This document shows, piece by piece, positions 22,798-34,283 of a stretch of DNA of 64,000 nucleotides. The notes below the pieces were generated by a model that saw nothing but the letters and a program-made list of their open reading frames with translations, was not told where the DNA came from and did no database searches. Source of the stretch: Stegostoma tigrinum. Taxonomy: Eukaryota. The position numbers and the translations under genes are program-made. Positions within the stretch are counted from its first letter, which is position 1. Each line of letters begins with the position of its first letter. The stretch spans positions 24,529,989 to 24,593,988 of the forward strand of contig NC_081373.1 of assembly GCF_030684315.1 (NCBI RefSeq), read 5' to 3'.

Positions 22798-24019
22798 TAG
22801 ATAGGATGGATAGTCAGTGACCTTTTTCCCAGGGTGGAAAGATCAATTACAAGATAGCACAGGTTCAAGGTGAGAGGGGGAATATTTAGGAGAGAGGTGT
22901 GGGGAAACTTTATCACAGAGACGGTGATGGGCGCCTGGAAGGCACTGCCAGTGGAAGTGGTGGAAGCAGGCATGTTTGCAACATTTAAAATGTATCTTGA
23001 TAAATACATGAACATGAAGTGAGCAGAGGGATAGATACTGTGCATGGGCAATAAGTGGCATGTCTATATAACAACTAGGAATCGGCTCGGTGATCCAAAG
23101 GGCCTGGTCCTGAGCTGTACTGTATCGTATAGAAGTCCTAATGAAGACAGTTACATGATCACATTTCTCTCTGCCCTCACCAAAATGACATGTTTGCTGC
23201 TGCCTACCATATTGCATGCACTGGTGTCCATTTTATGGATGTTAACATTAACCAATTTCTAGGCCAACATAGTCAAACTTTGTTCTGTTTACTTACTTTC
23301 ATTTGTATGCATGGTCATGACTGCTTTCATTTGTAAAACAAATGTGTGAACCACAGAGTTTTGCTTTGACAATAATCTCATGAATATCACCCACTGTCTT
23401 ATTCAATTTGCCTTTGTTTGAAAGTCCACATTCACCCCACCCACACATAAATTAATACTAATATTACTTAGCCAAGTTTCAACCATCCTGACTGCATTAT
23501 AATGCAGCAATGGGCCAAGTGAGAAGGAAATAATGGAAATCTGCCGTTTGCCTTAACTCTTTGCTAACTGCAGTAACTTGCCCTTTAGAATGGCAAAAAC
23601 CTTATACTTCTCCTATTTTTTAAATTAAAAGTCAGGAATGAAACACAACCTCCTCCTCAATATATAAGAGTCACTGAAATCATTGGACTGGACTTTGCAA
23701 TAAGCCGTAAAACAAGTTTTCTCACTGTTCTCCTGAAAGAAAACCACAATGTGAGACCCAACAGTGCCTCTGGCAAGAGCTTTACCTCCTTCCACCACCC
23801 AATGAACTGCAATGTCTTTTCATGAAGATTCCCAGAGCAGTGATGGTATCAATCTTTCCAAGTAGCCAATGCCATTGACAAATTCTAACGGACAGTCGAC
23901 CAGCAAGTGAAAAGACACTAAAATTAAACCATTTTAAAGAAATTACCTTGAGCCAGATAATGATTGGGACATACAGATGAATGAATGCTTTAAAAAAATT
24001 ATTGAAAACTTTTCATGTT

Positions 24020-25700
24020 TGTGGCTCAGGAGGGAGGCCATTTAGCCCATCAAATACCTGCTAGTGCTTCACAGAGTAATCCAGTCAGTCACAGTCGTCT
24101 GCTCAATCCATGTACCTTTCAAATTTGTCCATTACAAGGGTTCATCCAAATACATTTTAAACTCATGATAACGAACTGTGGAGCTGGATGAACACAGCAG
24201 GCCAAGCAACATTTTAGGAGCACAAAAGCTGATGTTTCGGGCCTAGTCCCTTCATCAGAAAATCATCATCTTTTCTGATGAAGGGCCTAGGCCCGAAACG
24301 TCGGCTTTTGTGCTCCTAAGATGCTGCTTGCCCTGCTGTGTTCATCCTGCTCCACACTTTGTTACCTTGGATTCTCAAGCATCTGCAGTTCTCATTACCT
24401 CTGATCACATTTTAAACTCATTATTGTTTTTGCTTCCGCCACCCTCACAGACAGAGAGTTCCAGGTCATTACCACTCATTTTGTAATAAAGTTCTTCCTT
24501 ACATTCCTTTTGCCATGCTAGCCCACAAACAAGGCTCCTGAATTCTTGCATCACCAGCTAATTTGCCTGGTCTAAACTTGTCATAATCTTGAACAAATCA
24601 ATAAATCCCACCTCAATGTCTTATGCTCCAAGGAGAGAAATCATTTCCAACCTAACATCGTGGCTACAAATCCTCATCCCTGGAACCTTCACTTACACAG
24701 CGGGAGTAGGTAATTCATCCCTTCAAGACCACTCAGCCATCGTGGCTGATCTTATCCTGATCTCAAACCCATTCTCCTGCCTGCTCCCCACAGCCCTTTA
24801 TCCCTCTTTTAATCAGAAATGTATCTATTTCTTTTTTTAATCCACCACACTACCAGAAGGACGTGGATGCTTTGGCGAGAGCCCCTCTGAGAGAAATAAC
24901 TTCTCATCTCCGTTATGAACCTCCTTCCTCTCACTCTATATCTACGGCTGCTTGTTTGAGACTGTTCCACAAGGGGGAGCATCTGTTCCATGCACACTTT
25001 ATCAATCCGTGTAGGAATTTCATATACCTCAATCAGATCCCCCCCCCAACCCCACCCCCACCCCCCCACCACCATTCATCTGAACTCCAGCGAGTACAAG
25101 CCCAAGCTATTCAACCACCCCTTGTATGGCAGCTCTTTCATCCCTGGAATCAATTTGATCTATCTCCTCCAGTGCTACCCCATCCCTCCTCAAGTAAGGA
25201 AACCGAAACTGGACGCAATGCTCCATGTGTGGTCTCACCAATGACTTAAATAATTGTAATGACAAATTCTGTAACTTTTTTTCTGAATCCTCTCAAGGGT
25301 TTTCCTAAAGAGTGATGACCAGGACTAGACACAATCCTCCACTTAGGGCCTCACCAGTTCTTCATAAATGCTCAGCATAATGTCTACTTTTGTACACAGT
25401 GCCCATATGATTTGTTAACCACAGTTTAATATGTTCTGCAAACTTGGTTAATGTTCATGCATCCTCAGGTACCACTGCTTGTGCAAGCCCTCTGTAATTC
25501 TCCCATTACTGGCACAGGAAGCATAACATAGCTTTTCCCTAACCCTTTTACCAAAGCACATCACCTCATATCTGTAGGTTCGATTTCACCTTCCAGTTGT
25601 CTGCCCTTTCTGTTTATCCATCCTATTGCAGGCAATTTGTACCATCCTCATTGCCTGACGCTTTTCCCAAGTTTGGTACCATAAGTGAAATGTGAAACTC
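24020..25700 (-). mobile_element. Cluster of degenerate CR1 3' fragments
   Basis: GDLIEVYEI...RGRRFITEMRSYFSQRG on the minus strand. Several nested pieces. Confidence 0.7.
24167..24406. mobile_element. Two-armed mini-PLE
   Basis: Inverted arms around spacer tcatcatc, tail on the right. 15-bp TSD ACATTTTAAACTCAT at 24152-24166 and 24407-24421. Confidence 0.92.
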
Positions 25701-25959
25701 TACTCCATGTTCCAAGATACCATTTGTTTACATAAAATTCCAAAAGCAGGGGAAGACCTACCACCTTCCAGTTGGAAAATAATTATTTCATTTGGCATGT
25801 TGCTTTTTGTGCTTAAGTCTATTTTTTTCTTTCCCCAATTGGACACTGACTATCCTATTTCCTGTTTGGGTGCCACAGCAAAAGTTCAAAAAAAGGCTGA
25901 AAAGTTATCTCTTGCACTTGGCCAATATTTATACCTTTAAAAAATCTCAAAGAACAGTT

Positions 25960-26117
25960 TACTGGCATTATCACATTGCCATTTGTAGGAGCTTACTGAA
26001 CTCAAAATGTTTCCAACATGACAGCTGTGACTGCACTTCCAGAAGAACTTCATTGGCTGTAAAGCACTTTGAAATATCTAGTACTCATAAAGGGCACTAT
26101 ATAAATGCAAATCTTTC
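25960..26117 (+). mobile_element. Old SINE/L2-type 3' tail
   Basis: ggctgtaaagcactttg...gcactatataaatgcaa. Related pieces near 13550-13670 (-) and 49345-49445 (+). Confidence 0.5.
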
Positions 26118-27261
26118 AATTTTCTTTCATAGTCTTAACTATCTGTCAGTTAAGACCTCAACCTTTGTTTTTCTACAGCCTATTCAATCTTTCCTATTAG
26201 TAAATGATAACTGTGACATTTTTCAATGTCATTCTTGTTCATCTTCATCTGCATCGTTTTTGTGCCTCCATTTTTATTTAAGTTTATGTGTGTGTGTGGG
26301 GAGTGAGCAGCGGCAAATTGCACTCCCCCCCACCCCTCCCCTCCTTTTGGCGGTCACTTGGACCAAGTGGTGTATTTTGCTGACAGCAATTAACTAATTG
26401 GTAGCTATTGAAGATGACAGGCAATTAAAAACTAAGACCCACCCCAAAAAGCTACTAGCCCAATCAGAGAGCTGAGAGTTGTGCAGTCTCATTGCCAGCA
26501 CTAACCATTTGCCAGGGCTAAGGCTAGAGGGTGAAGATTAATTGATGCCCAGACCCCCTCTAAGACAGGTTCATGGTTCTGGGAGCATTGCCCTGGGGTT
26601 GGTAGGAGGGAGCACTCACTGGAGGTCAGGCAGCATCATTGATGTAGGGGATGTGGGGTATGGAGTATTGATGCCTGGGATCTTCTCCCTTCAGGGACCA
26701 TAGAGTGCCTAGCAAAAGATGCTCACACACAGACCCTGGCAGGAGGCCACTAAGCCTTACCTGGTAGGCTTCCCATTTAGGAGTGGAGCTGTCCAATGCA
26801 GGTAATTGCATGTGATGGTAGGAGTGGGTATTAATTAGCCACTTCAATAATTCAACTGGGCTCCCAGTGGGTGGCCCAAATGCCAACATCCTGGCCATGG
26901 GCAAAATAGCAGATGGTGGGATGATGCTGGGAAACCCATGATACCCTCCATCCAAATTTTGCAAACGTTCTACTTCCCTGGTCATTGACATGAGTCCAAA
27001 AACTTCTGGCCTTATTTTCCAAAGTCCAAGTTGTGTCTCAATTCTCTCAACCAAAACACATCGCCTCACACTTACCAATTGTGAGATTTAATTGCCAATT
27101 ATGTGCCCATTCTGGGGGTATATTTGGTCATTTAGTTATTTGTATAAATGATGTCGATGTGAGACATTTGTACACATCTTAATAGACAGTTGACATGATT
27201 GCAATAAAGGTCAAAATCCTGATACTTTCTGATAGCTCAGAGAGCAAATATAGTTCTTTTT

Positions 27262-27400
27262 TCTTTATTCATTCATGGGATGAGGGGCGTTGCTGGCTAG
27301 GCAGCTTTTACCGCCCATTGCCCAGAGGGCGGTTAAGAGTCAACCACATTGCTGTTGGTCTGGAGTCACATGTAGGCCAGACTAGGTGAGGATAAGGTAA
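27262..27400 (-). mobile_element. 3' half of the tRNA-derived SINE
   Basis: Matches 39865-40000. Confidence 0.7.
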
Positions 27401-27479
27401 GGTAAGTGAGACCACACACAAACCTGCAAGGTCAATCAGTCTGCCATATCACTGTTAACCCCTTACCTGCAATAACTTG

Positions 27480-29148
27480 GTACCCAGGAATGTGGGCTTG
27501 AGTTTAGAGTAGTGTAACAGTTGGATTACACCAAAGGTAGGTGAGGACCTGGAAACAATCATTATTACGGTAGTATTGGGCAAGTTAACGGAGCTAAGGA
27601 TTGATAAGTCTCCTGGGCCTGATGGAATGCATCCCAGGGTAGTAAAAGAGAATGTGGGAGAAATCGCAGGTGCACTGGTGGCAATTTTCCAAAATTCACT
27701 GGATTCTGGGACAGTCTCAGGAGATTGGAAAACAGCAAATGTGACACCACTGTTTAAAAAGGGAGGTAGACAAAAGATGGGGAATTATAGACCGGTTAGC
27801 TTAACCTCTGTAGTGGGGAAGTTACTTGAATCCATTATCAAGGAAGAAATAGGAAGGCATCTCAATAGAAATTGTACCGTTGGGCAGATACAGCATGGGT
27901 TCATGAAGGGCAGGTCATTCTTGACAAATCTTTTGGAATTCTATGAAGACATTACGAGCAAGGTGGACAATGGGGACCCAGTGGATGTGGTGTACCTATA
28001 TTTCCAAAAGGCCTTCAACAAGGTGCTGCATAAGAGGCTGCTGCATAAGATAAGGATGCATGGCTTTAGGGGTAAAGTATTAGCATGGTTAGAGGATTGG
28101 TTGACTAACAGGAAGCAAAGAGTGGGGATAAATGAGAGCTATTCTGGCTGGCAATCAGTGACTAGTGGTGTGCCTCAGTGTTGGGACCGCAATTATTTCA
28201 AATTTATAAAGATGATTTGGAGTTGGGAACCACGTGTAGGGTGTGAAAGTTTGAAGATGACACTAAGTTGAGTGGCAGAGCGAAGTGTGCAGAGGACTGT
28301 AAAACTTTGCAGAGGAACATAGATACATTGAGTGAGTGGGCAAAGGTCTGTCAGATGGAATACAATGTAAATAAATGTGAAGAGTAATAGTAAAAGGGAT
28401 AATTACTTGAATGGTAAAAAGTTACAAAATGCTGCTATGCAGAGGGACCTGGGTGTCCTTGTGCAGGAAAAGTAATTAGGAAAGCAAATGAAATTTTGTC
28501 CTTCATTGCTAAAGCGATTGAGTTTAAAAGCAGAGAGGTCATGTTGCAGCTGTACAAGGTGCTGGTGAGGCCACACCTGGAGCACCATGTGCAGTTTTGG
28601 TCTCCTTACTTGAGAAAGGATGTACTGGCACTGCATGGGGTCCAGAGGAAGTTCACTAGGTTGATTCTGGAGTTGAGCGGGTTGGTTTATGAGGAGAGAC
28701 TGAGTAGATTGGGATTATATTCATTGGAATTCAGAAGATTGAGGGGGGATCTTATAGAAACATATAAAATTATGAAAGAAATAGATAAGATAGAAGTAGA
28801 CAGGATGTTTCCATTGGCAGGTGAAGCTAGAACAAGAGGGCTGAGCCTCAAGATTAGAGGGAGCAGATCTAGGACTGAATTGAGAAGGAACTTCTTCACT
28901 CAGAGGGTTGTTAATCTATGGAATTCCTTGCCCAGTGAAGTAGTTGACACTACTTCAGTAAACATTTTTAAAGCTAGGGTAGAGGTTTTTTTGAACAATA
29001 AAGGAACAAAGGGATACAGTGAGAATGCAGATAAGTGGATCTGAGTCCACAAAAAGATCAGTCATGATCTTAATGAATGGCAGGGCAGACTCAAAGAGTC
29101 GGACGGCCTACTCCTGCTCCTAGTTCTTATGTTCTTAAGTTCTTATGT
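27480..29148 (+). mobile_element. 5'-truncated CR1 LINE, RT region with frameshifts
   Basis: ORFs 27576-28271 (KSPGPDGMHPRV, NYRPVSLTS, QHGF) and 28496-29044. 3' tail (TTCTTAT/AG)n. Confidence 0.93.
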
Positions 29149-30334
29149 CTATATTTCTGTCAGAGAGTTCTTTAGAAATTAGCTCATGTTTTATCCCTGA
29201 TATCTTTCAGCATTGAGTCAGAGTGTTCTCATTACCTTGCCTGTTTCCCAAATTTGTAGTCCTTGACAAAATCCATTTTCCAGTGGGTTGTTGCTACAAG
29301 GACCTGAAGTGTGATGGCAGAGTTTGTCCATCTTCTTTCTAAAATTAGATGGCAGGTTAGATAACCTATTTGTAACAGGATGACAACGTGAGGATTGCTG
29401 TCTACCTCTTGAGTGGTGAAATCCCAGATTTTTAACTTCCATGGGAAACCTGGGCAACAGTACAATGCTCAAGGATGGGTGAGGGAAGACATGGTCTAAG
29501 TGGAACATGACTGCGATCATCCAAGCCAGACATTCGCCCACATGCAGAAGGTGTGCTCTGGGGGATCCATACCTGGTGGTGGTAATAACCATTCACACTG
29601 CATCAGTTGAAGTTGTGGAATGCACTGTTAACATTTAACCTGTAACTGCTTCCCAATACATACAAACAAAAAAATAGATTTGTCAGAATCGTGTTAAGTG
29701 AGTCAGCTTGAGTCCAGAAGGCAAAAGAAATTGGTCTGAGCATCCCAAGCCATGGTGGAAAAACATAATTCTGAAGGATTATGCACCTTTGCTCTGTGTC
29801 TCGTATTGGCAGCTTGATTGCAAGGAAGGAGAGCACAATCAGGCTGTATATCAAACAGTTTCCAAGGGTCACGTAACGTGTCACTAATTACAATCTACTT
29901 TTGTATGTGAGCCAAAGCTACTTGGACGAGAGTTAGTGGAGGGCTACAAATGCCATTGAAGGGATGCTTCAGGGCTCACTTGTTAGTATTACGAAGTTTA
30001 TAAAATTGCTACGTTGAGGGACTGTGTCTTTAAGGTAAAATGGAAAGTGTCGTGTGGGCTCCGTCTGACAGCAAGCCTGGGTAATTTGATGTTGAGAGAC
30101 CAAAGGCAGCCCAGACTTTACCTTCTTCCCAGTAAAACAATCTGTTCATGTTTAAAGGCCTGTATGCTAACAGTGGACCGACTATGTGTCTAAGTCCAAG
30201 ATTGCAGAAAGTTGTGTTCTGAACTGTCCATTTAGTTCTGAAATGAAAGAGATTTTTGTTCTCAAAGATAACTAATCTCCCTAGATACCTGATGCATGTG
30301 ATGCATGTTGCAATGAAAGTGGACTAAGACAAGA

Positions 30335-31655
30335 GGAGATAATACTGTATGGAGGTGGAGGACCACAGCGGGTCAGGCAGCATCAGAGGAGCAGGAAAGA
30401 TGACTTTTCAGGGCTGGACCCTTCTTCACAAATGGGGAGGGGGAATGGAGCTGGGAAATAAGTAGAGAGAGGAGGGGTGGGACTGGGGAAGGTAGGTGAG
30501 ATGGTGATAGGTGAGACACAGGTAGGGAGTGGTGAGGATTGGTCAGTGGGATGGGTTGTGCGGATAGGTGGGAGAGAAGATGGACAGGTTGTGTCAGATC
30601 AAGGAGCTGGGGATGAGAGGGAGGGTTGGACACGGGATGAGGGGTGGGGAGATTTTAAAACTCACGAATTCCATGTTAAGGCCATCGGGCTGTAGGCTCC
30701 CGAGGCGGAATATGAGGTGCTGCTCCTCTGGCTTGCGGATGGTGTCATTGTGATGATGGAGGAGGCCCAGGATGGACATGTCAACCAGGGAGTGGGAGGG
30801 GGAGTTAAAAATGTTGGCGACCAGAGGTGTTGTCGTTTTTTGCAAACAGAGCACAGATCTCCACAAAGCCGTCTCCCGAGTCTACGCTTGGTCTCACCGA
30901 TGTAGAGGAGGGCATATTGGCAGCAGCAGATACAGTAGACCAGGATGGAGGATGTGCAGGTGAACCCATGTTTGATATGAAAGGTTTGCTTTGGGCATTG
31001 AATGGAAGAGAGGGGGAGGTGTAGGGGCAGGTGTAACTTCCTGTGGTTGCAGGGAAAGCTGCCGGGTGTGATGGGGTCAGTGGGGAAGATTGGAGGATGA
31101 GGCAGTCACGGAGTCAGTGGTCCCTAGGAAAGGCAGATAGTGGTGGGGAGGGAAAAATCTCTTTGGTTGTGGAGTTGGATTGTAGCTTGCGGAAGTGGCA
31201 GAGAATGATACATCGGATGCGGAAGTTGGTGGGGTGATATGTGAGGATAAGGGGGATTCTGTCCTTATTTTTGTTGGGAGGAGGACAAATGAGGGCAGAA
31301 GTGCAGGAAACGCAAGAGGTGTGGAGGGCATTTTCGATTACTGGAGGGAGGAAATTATGGTCCTTGAAATCAGAGGACATCTGGAATGTGAGGGAGTGGA
31401 ATGCTCCATCTTGGGGGCAGATGCAGTGGAGGCAGAGGAATTGGGAGTAGAGGATCGTATTCTTGCAGGAAGGTGGGTGCAAGGAGGTGTAGTCTAGGTA
31501 GCTGTGGGAGTCGGTGGGCTTGAAATTGATGTCAGTTTTGAGGTGGTCACCAGAGATTGGGACAGACAAGTCCAGGAAGGGGAGGTCCAGGTGAATGTGA
31601 GTTTGGGGTAAACATTGTTAATAAAGTTGATGACCTGTTCAAGCTGCTTGTGGGG
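30335..31655 (-). mobile_element. Older, longer PLE fragment (RT thumb + linker + GIY-YIG, decayed)
   Basis: KPTDSHSYLDYTSLHPPSCKNTILYSQFL (PLE RT C-terminus), RIPLILTYHP, EEQHLIFRLGSLQPDGLN. Confidence 0.88.
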
Positions 31656-32439
31656 AGTTCAATCAAGTCTGGGAGATTTTCCTAGGTTTAGCTAGAGGGA
31701 GAAGTATCCAAGAGAACATGGACTGTGAAGGACAGGTTTGTAGTTAAAAAGTTTCTAAGTGGAAATGGGAAAGATTAATCATAACTCCTGGGGAGCTAAG
31801 AAAAAATTTAGGTGATTCTGAGAAAAGTGAAGGTCCACATAAAGGACCGAAAATTGTTTACCTAATGGGATTCTCAGTTGTGTTTAAAGTTGTGTTCTGA
31901 AGTTTAAAGCATAAATTGACTACAAAAATAGTGCTCCATAAACAGTGTGTTTTAGTCTACAGCATGAAGTCTTGCTGTGCCATGCATTCAGCAATTAGCT
32001 GGCTGTTTAAAAACGTTTTGTAAAGGATTGATCTCTATAGTAATCGGAATGCACTGTTTTGAGACAAGAGGTGAATATTTTATTTGCATTGATTCTGAAA
32101 AGGCTGCTGTGGTCTCACAGTAATACTCCACTTATAAATAAACACCAGTTTTCATGGCAAGGACAGTCTCTGGCCCTGGGCAATTAGCAGTTAAGCTATT
32201 CACTGCAGTCATAGATTCAAATACTAGGATTTTCTGGCAGTGAAAGACTTATCAGCTTGTGATAACTCTGATTCATTCATAGCTGAGTTACAAATGGAGC
32301 AATTTACAGTAGCTGGGGCCTCTACAGTGTTCACTCATAATGTTGAAATACTACAATTCCATTTACCTCAGTTTGAACAAGCTCATTCACGACAACTGAT
32401 GTGAAATGTTCCCGACTGCTCCTAGCTTCAGATTTGGTC

Positions 32440-32770
32440 GGATAAATACAGAGAAGCTATTTATTCTTTGGGTAATCAAGAACAAGCAAACATAATTTTA
32501 ACATTAGAGCGAGGCTATTTATGGGGGCAAACAGGAAGCACTTTCTCGCACAAAGGGGAATAGAATTTGGAATTCCACTCACACCACCTCCCCCGCTTTT
32601 AAAATTTGCGAATGCTGGGACAATGAGAGCTTTCAAGTATGAGATTGCTGGATTCTTGTTAGGTAGGGGATGTGGAGCCATGCCAGGTGAAATACAAATT
32701 CACCATGATCTAATTAAATGTTGGAATAGGCCTGAGGGGCTGAATGGTCTCCTCTTGTTTCTATGCTCCA
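32440..32770 (+). mobile_element. Degenerate CR1 3' end
   Basis: RKHFLAQRGIEFG-like remnant and CR1 3' UTR. Confidence 0.65.
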
Positions 32771-33056
32771 AGTTAAAACAGATAGCTATGTCAGGAATTC
32801 CACTGGTTACCAAATCCAGATGGAGCTGTTGATTTGAATTTTCTAATTTAACCCTAAACAGCAGTGTGTTAAATGTGTATGCAATCAGGCATGGCAACCG
32901 GTCAAATGATTTTTATTATATTGTTAAAGTGCAAATATAAACAGAGCATCAATTTATTAAATAAATGTTACATAAAAAGTGGCTCATTAAGAAATGTATT
33001 GAATTCTTTTGGTTGTAACTAACTTTCTCAAAAGTGCAAAAAAAATTTCACAAACA

Positions 33057-33158
33057 TTTTTTTCTGAAGAAGAGCCTAGGCCCGAAACCTCAGCTTTCCT
33101 GTTCCACTGATGCTGCTTGGCCTGCTGCATTCATCCAGCTCCACAACTTGTTATCTCT
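33057..33158 (+). mobile_element. Mini-PLE terminus without tail
   Basis: ctgaagaagagcctaggcccgaaacctcagc...ttgttatc. Confidence 0.8.
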
Positions 33159-33299
33159 TGATTCATTAATGCGGGTTACTGGTGTTTTCAGAGGATCTTT
33201 CAAGTCACTGGCATTAGTAAGTCAAATCACAGTACTGTTACATTTGCCTTAATGGCAGCTGTTTTATACCTGTAATACAGGAGCCAGCAGCAATATCAT

Positions 33300-34283
33300 A
33301 ATTTAAATACTTGATGAGCAGTTTCTACATTGTACAGGTAGTGCAAAGTAAAGATTGTAGAGCCAATCCAGAGAAGGTTTCTAACCTGGTGTTTGGGAAA
33401 GAAATCTGGAGATATGCCAGTGTGTGTGGAGTCCTTGAGAACTACATATGACTATGACAGGACATCTCTAAAGTGTGCCAAACAAGAATAAGAAGCAGTG
33501 AGAAGGACAGAGAGAGCTACAAAACCAAAGTTGGATCTCATCAAGAATCAGAACTGAGTGTCTTCCTCTTCTGGATTGTCATGGATGCTTGAAATGCCCA
33601 AATCAAATCAGTGTGCCATGGTCAATGATGTTTACAGATAACATTGCAATGTGTAGTGGGAATGATGAAAACATTGCCAAGTATCTCGACAACTGGAGAA
33701 AAGCACTGAAGGTGAGGGATACAAAGATTAGTAGACCAAGCCCAATTTATGGATTATCAGTTTTAGACTAAGTGAAAGAAAATATTATGCATGAGGACTT
33801 GGAGAAAGTAAATAGTTGTAAATACTGGAATCAGTGGTTGAAGGAGATGGAAATATACAAAGGAAATTATGTAACAGATTATTAGATTTTAGTAATAAGA
33901 AAAAATTCAATAGATTATCACGTGATAGAAAAGAGCACTGAAACTAAAAGGAAAAATCTGTAAGACACTTCTAAGATACTTTATTAAATAGTGCAGAAAC
34001 ATGGGCAAAATTAGAGAGACCGGAACAACAACTGGGTACTAATGTGCTGTCGATGCTGAGGCAGATGTCTGGAATGAAGAGAAAAGACAACATCAGAGGC
34101 CAGCATAACAGAAGCTCATTGTGGGAGCACGGAAGAAAGTAGCTGTCAAGAGATTGAAATGGGATGATCATCTATTGCCAAAAGAGAGAGAGACATGTGA
34201 GATGTGGTGAGTTAAGTGGAGGACATTGGACTGACGGAATGGTGGAGAAGAATAAGACCTAAGACAAGATGGAAACCAAGAGG
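33300..34283 (+). mobile_element. Decayed RTE-clade (Rex3/Expander-like) LINE; continues after 36216
   Basis: VPWSMMFTDNIAMCS resembles PWxMMFADDIVxC. LDNWRKALKVRDTKISR resembles LERWRxALERRGMKVSR. GLHQxSxLS-like motif near 33530. Confidence 0.7.

Larger units (their letters stand above)
22105..23130 (+). mobile_element. CR1 LINE 3' part, interrupted by two mini-PLEs
   Basis: DLGVQVQRSLNVATQ, and CR1 C-terminal and 3' UTR sequence. Confidence 0.85.
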
